From: Dendrobates tinctorius
Taxonomy: Eukaryota
NCBI RefSeq assembly: GCF_039654945.1
Contig: NW_027361830.1
Span: 1-64,000 of the forward strand
DNA length: 64,000 nucleotides
Reading direction: 5' to 3'
Below, piece after piece: positions 59,080-64,000 of this stretch (the stretch's first letter is position 1; every line of letters begins with the position of its first letter). Below the pieces are notes generated by a model that had not been told where the DNA came from, did not search any database, and saw only the letters and a program-made list of their open reading frames with translations. The position numbers and the translations under genes are program-made.

Positions 59080-61153
59080 TTTCTTTATCACTTCATTGGG
59101 GGACACAGATTACCATGGGTGTATGCTGCTGCTGCTAGGAGGCTGACACTATGCAAAAACAAGAAAATTGGCTCCTCCCCGGCAGTATACACCCACCGAC
59201 AGGCACCAAGAACCTCAGTTTGTGCTTAGTGTCTCTAGGAGGCGGACCGGGATCTTCCCAGATCCGCAGTTATGATTTCTTTTTCCTTTTAGGGTTTTAG
59301 TCAAATGTTTTTAATCTTTTCTCATTTATTTTTCAGGTTCACCGTCGGGAAACAGGGTGTAAGTACCACCCTGATTTCCCGTATCAGGCGGCTGAGCGAG
59401 CAGTGTGGTGTCACCCACATCGCAACTTTCAGTACCGCAGGCAGGACCTTTTCCCTATCACCCTCAGGTGCTATGGGCTGATGACAGGTGGCCGGTCCTT
59501 GCCAAAACACCTCCTCACCCCTCTCCCGAGACAGGGCTGAGAGGAAGACGGCGGTCGTCTGTGGTCACCTCCTTCTCTTCTAGCAAGAGGTTAACACCGT
59601 CTTCTGCATGATGCGGGTAAGAGGACCTTTCCCAGCGGCCTGCCTTCTACGCATGGGCCCCTGTGGTCATCCTCTTCAGGGACGTCAGGTAAGACTCTGA
59701 ACGATCCCTCCAGCCCCGCATGTCTCAGGGAGCACCTTCAGTTTCATTCTCTTTTTGAATCTCCCACCCCTGCCAGCCGCGCGCCTCATCCTCAGCCGCG
59801 CACTTTTCTATGCAGGGGGACACATCAGCCGGTGATTACACACTCGGGGGGGGGGGGGGGGGGGGGGGGGCTTTCAGAGCGTTGTAAGCGCAAGATCACC
59901 TTTATATATCGGCGCCGCAGGCATCTTATCTTCTCGGTGTAGAAACTCAGGCGGGGAGGAGACCGCGTTACTTTCACTTTCAAAAGGCTCCTTCCTCCCC
60001 GCTCTGAGCGCGCTCATTTCCACTATCTGAGCGCGCTTTTTTCGCGCTCTTTTTAGCCCATCACAGGGCGCCTTTATCTTTTGGGGCGTCAGCTCCCCTG
60101 CTTACAGCGCCCCTCCGCTGTCTTTATCCAACCATGCTCTGGCGCTAAGCTCCTCCCACCGAGTTCGTCAGCCAGCTTCCTCTGCAACTTTTCTTCACTT
60201 CCTGCGCTGCTTGGGGATACTTCGGCGTCCTGCTGCTCGTCAGATTCTCGGTAGGTTCTGCTTTGAGGCTCAAAATTGGCTCTCCTCTGCAGTTTCCTCC
60301 CTATTTCGTGCGGCCATACGGCGCAGCCTACCTATGCTCAACCCTTCAAGGGTTCTCAGTTTTAGACCCACCGCTACTCACTACGCCTGTGCACGCTGTA
60401 AAAAGAAGTGGGCATCAGGTCAGTCGTCTCCCTTCTGCCCGTCCTGCAGCCCTTCAGCTATGTCGGCCTCTCAGGAGCACACAGATTCCTGGGAGGAGGC
60501 CACTCCACCTCCCCCCTAGAGTGGGCCGTTGCAATGTCTCAGTCGGTCTCTGATCTGACTAAAGTCTGTCAGTCCCTGGTTCATGTCCTAGAACGTTTAC
60601 CTCAACTATCTACAGCCACCTGTGTGCCGACCGCCTCTCACGGTGAGTCGCCCACACCTGACCGCGACCTTCAGAGGGACAGACCAGGTGGGAGTTCTAG
60701 GAAGCGGGCTCTGTCTAGCTCATCCTCCAGCTCGCGGGGCCCTTCTGCTTCACCCAGGTTTCCGTCTCCTTCTTCAGAAGACGACCTTAGGTCAGACGAC
60801 GATTCCCAATCGGGATCTAGTTCAGAAGCCGATAACATATCTAAAACACGGGACATGGTCGATAGTCTCCTTTCGGCTATCTTTCAAACCCTTGAAATTA
60901 AGCAAGATAAGGCCCCTCCTCAGGAATGTTCTGTCCCCTTTAAACGAGCAAGGCCTCCATCCCAGACCTTTCCAAACCACAAAGAGTTCGATACTACACT
61001 ATCCAAACATTGGGAGCACCCTGAGCAACGCTTTTCAGGCCGCAGGTACTTAGATGTGCTGTACCCCTTTGATGTGGATTTGCTCACAAAATGGACCAAA
61101 GCTCCCGAAGTGGATCCTCCTGTTTCTCGCATAGCCTCTAAGACGGTTATATC
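59080..61153 (+). mobile_element. Second DIRS-type element, 5' part, interrupted by hAT
   Basis: TTT-initiated end (TTTCTTTATCACTTCATTGGGGGACACAG), GC-rich leader, and a gag with CxxC-CxxC finger and YPF..W..APEVDPPVSR motif. Confidence 0.75.
60334..61153 (+). pseudogene. DIRS gag-like ORF, frameshift at the C-run near 60512, truncated by hAT
   Basis: MLNPS..CARC..CPSC in ORF 60211, continuing as PLEWAVAMSQS...SKTVIS in ORF 60408. Confidence 0.7.
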
Positions 61154-61600
61154 CAGGGTGGATTTGATTTAAATCTGATTTAAATCACGATTTAAATCAC
61201 TAGTCAGTAAGGCTTGATTTAAATCAGTGATTTAAATCAAAGTTTCTACCTAAACTAGTTCTTGCTACTTTAACATGCAAGTAGATGAAGATTTTTAGAA
61301 TCACTTTTTATTACTTTTTTCTCCCCAGTTTAATGGGTTAATCATTCATATTTGGACACCACTGTTCTGTTGTACTTAGGAAGGAGAAAAAATAATCCTG
61401 ACCTTAATAACAATTTAAATAGATTTATTCAACTGAAACAATAACAACATTACAGCATAAGTTATTTGCTTAAACAAACATCCATGTTTGTTAACTAATT
61501 TGGCTAAACAAAATATATATATATTTTAAGAAACTTAGACTGTCAGCCCAGCCGACACATGAAAAACTTAAATACTACTGTCCCTGCTGTCCTCTGTACC

Positions 61601-63231
61601 TCACTTGTCGTCATCTTCATCATCATCTTCTTCTTTGTTCCTATTCATAATCTGGAAAAGAAAAACAAGCTTTCCTGCTTTATTGGGTCCCAACCGATTT
61701 CTCAATTTAGAATGAATGAGTCCAAAGGAAGAGAATATTCTTTCAACGCCTGCAGAAGAAGCTACTGCTGTTAAAAGTGAAATCATTACTTGAACAGTCT
61801 CTAAATCCAAGCGCTTAAGTGACTTCCACCAGTTTACTGGTGTGACCTTCCTTAAAATATCTTCAGCAAACATATATTTCTTGAATGGTTCCCCCTTAGC
61901 TCTGAAGTTTATTATAGTTGGCATTAAAGATGGATGATTGCTGGATACCCATGTCATAGCTAACTCCTCTTCCTCAGCACTTAGGTTTTGACCCTGATAT
62001 TGGATATTGACAATATTTGCCAAAAAATGAGCTGGAGTCAGTGCTTGTCCCATTCGTTTGTTTACTGCTTGTAATTTAATTCTGTCCATGTTTAGTTCTG
62101 TTTTTAAGTGTTCACTCAGTTCCTTCCAAATTTCAACAGCATCCGCAATAAAACAGCTATTTTTCTGTATTTTGTTTAAAGCTTGAGAGATGGGTTCCAG
62201 GAAGCTCAGCATATGTTCAACATTTCTCTTAAGCCCAATGTTGAGGATTTTGGCCGTGACAGTGCCATCTATTTTATCTCGATTTTCTTCACAAAGTGTC
62301 ATCAGAATAGGCCAGTTTTTGATATACTGCTCAAAACAGTCCACCACAGAGTTCCATCTAACATCTTGTGGGAGCGTTAGCTTGGTTCCACCCATCCTTT
62401 TCAGAGCTGCTGCAGCAAAATGATTATTACGGAAGTATTTAGCATTTTCAACAACATTAGCCTTTATTTCTGGAACACTTAAGTCTTTGGCTAAGAGGTG
62501 CAGCAAATGAGCACTGCAACCATATGTTATTAGCAGCTTTGTATTCCCTCCCTGCTCTTCTAAATCTCTTCTCATCTTGGATACGTTTGCAGCATTGTCA
62601 GTGACCAAACTGCGTACTAGACATTTGAATTTTTGTTCACATGTCGTTATAGCTTTTACTGCCACTTCTTGTAAGTATTCTGCTGTGTGTGCATTTCCTG
62701 ACGTATCAGTTGTTTGTGCAAGGAAGACTTTACCTTCTTTTGTTGTTATACAAGCACATACAATAGGATCATTGTGGACATTACTCCAACCATCAATACT
62801 TAGGTTAACAATTTTACCCTCCAGAGCTGTTGCACATTGCTCCATTTCTCTGTCATACACTTGATCCAGCAGTTTCCCTGCAACATCAGCTCTGCTGGGT
62901 GGACTGTATCCTGGTCTCAGTGACTGAACCATATTAATGAAATGTGGGTTCTCAGTCAGACGGAAAGAAGAGTTCGTTGCATAAATAAACTGGGCAATTT
63001 TTTCATCAATCAACTCTTTTTCTAATCTGCTAGTTCTTATCACAAACCTATCTATGGTGGTTCCAGGAGGTAAAGGTTTTTTCTTCCTTTTGGGTGATGG
63101 TGATATGTGGCTGTGGGTGTCTGATGATGATGCTGCTAATGAAGCACTATCCTGGATGGATAACTCTGAAACTGTAGAACAGGATGATGGTGATCTTGGA
63201 GGTGGATAGTTTCCAGAATCCATGAATTCCC
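61601..63231 (-). CDS. hAT transposase exon 2 (DDE and dimerisation domains)
   Basis: SIDGWS (D), VTDNAAN (D), CSAH (CxxH), VRWNS, SSAGVERIFS (E); acceptor tttag| at 63231; no stops. Confidence 0.92.
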
Positions 63232-63484
63232 CTAAACAAAAAAAAGTTTCCAGAATCCATGAATTCCCCTAAACAAAAAAAAGTCAATGCTGTTATTTTA
63301 TTGTTTATACAATTTCTGCTTATTGTACACAACACATCACTGCCCCTGCCCCAAAAGGAATATTTGTTTTTCTTCATAACTGTACCAAATGACAGTAACA
63401 TGCAGTAATAATAAGAAATATAATTTTTCTCACACATGACAGTTCAGTCTTTAGAAATAGGATTCAATAAAAATGTTTACCAAC

Positions 63485-63686
63485 CTGAAGATCCTGCCTG
63501 TTCAGAAGTGTTTCTTTGGTCATCTTCATCACTGCACTTCTCATGATGTTGCCTCATTCGCGCCACCAGGCCTTGCATCTCTTTGTTGCATCGTTTGCAT
63601 TTTGCACGCATGCCTGCCTTAACGATAGGCGAAGGAGCTTCATTAAAATATTCCCAAACTGGGTCTCTTTTACGGCCTGCTGCCAT
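63485..63686 (-). CDS. hAT transposase exon 1 (BED zinc finger)
   Basis: MAAGRKRDPVWEYF...AKCKRC...MRQHHEKC; donor TCAG|gttggt in phase 1 joins exon 2 in frame, giving 610 aa. Confidence 0.85.
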
Positions 63687-64000
63687 TATAAGGAAAGAAT
63701 GTAATAAACCTCAGATCGTACACACAAACAGATCCAGACTTGTCTGTCTGTGGCTATGCTGCAGTATTGTGCTCAAAGTTTCACTTTCATTTTCTTGTCT
63801 GCTTGCCCTTCCTCCTCCTCCTCACACTTAGATTCACATTCTTCTTGTGTTGTGCAGATCTATTCCACTCCAAACAATCAGAAACATATTGTCTAACTTC
63901 TTGGACTTGGCACTGAAGGGGTTGCTTCTGTATTCATAGGTTTGTAGAACAATAGGATTAAGGTCTTTTTCTCAACTCTGTTCATGTTGTAACATTTTTG

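Larger units (their letters stand above)
61154..64000 (-). mobile_element. Autonomous-type hAT transposon, runs off the window
   Basis: CAGGG terminus at 61154 with GATTTAAATC subterminal repeats; intact transposase on the minus strand. Confidence 0.9.

Overview
This is eukaryotic, repeat-rich vertebrate DNA; the repeat families suggest an anuran (frog) genome, which is an inference. Host genes: (1) the last seven coding exons of SLC22A23 on + (14208-24409), including a 33-nt micro-exon and a ~2.6-kb 3'UTR; (2) the complete three-exon PSMG4 on - (55822-41078), convergent with SLC22A23; (3) a divergent + strand gene sharing PSMG4's compact promoter, whose first coding exon (57777-57884) resembles the N-terminus of the shelterin protein ACD/TPP1. 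Mobile DNA: a near-intact DIRS1 tyrosine-recombinase retrotransposon (28055-33418) with identical ITRs and an ICR; a second DIRS interrupted by a hAT element with an intact spliced BED-DDE transposase; two decayed Tc1 elements; a piggyBac-type non-autonomous element; many TWA- and TTAA-target MITEs; and a 61-bp satellite with a 900-bp higher-order repeat. The most unusual signal is a set of Penelope-type inverted insertions with 13-15 bp target duplications. One (33878-34477) carries two type I hammerhead ribozymes with intact cores on opposite strands, and its arms are circular permutations of a ~347-nt monomer (retrozyme-like). All calls were made by eye; comparisons with human proteins are from memory and need database confirmation.
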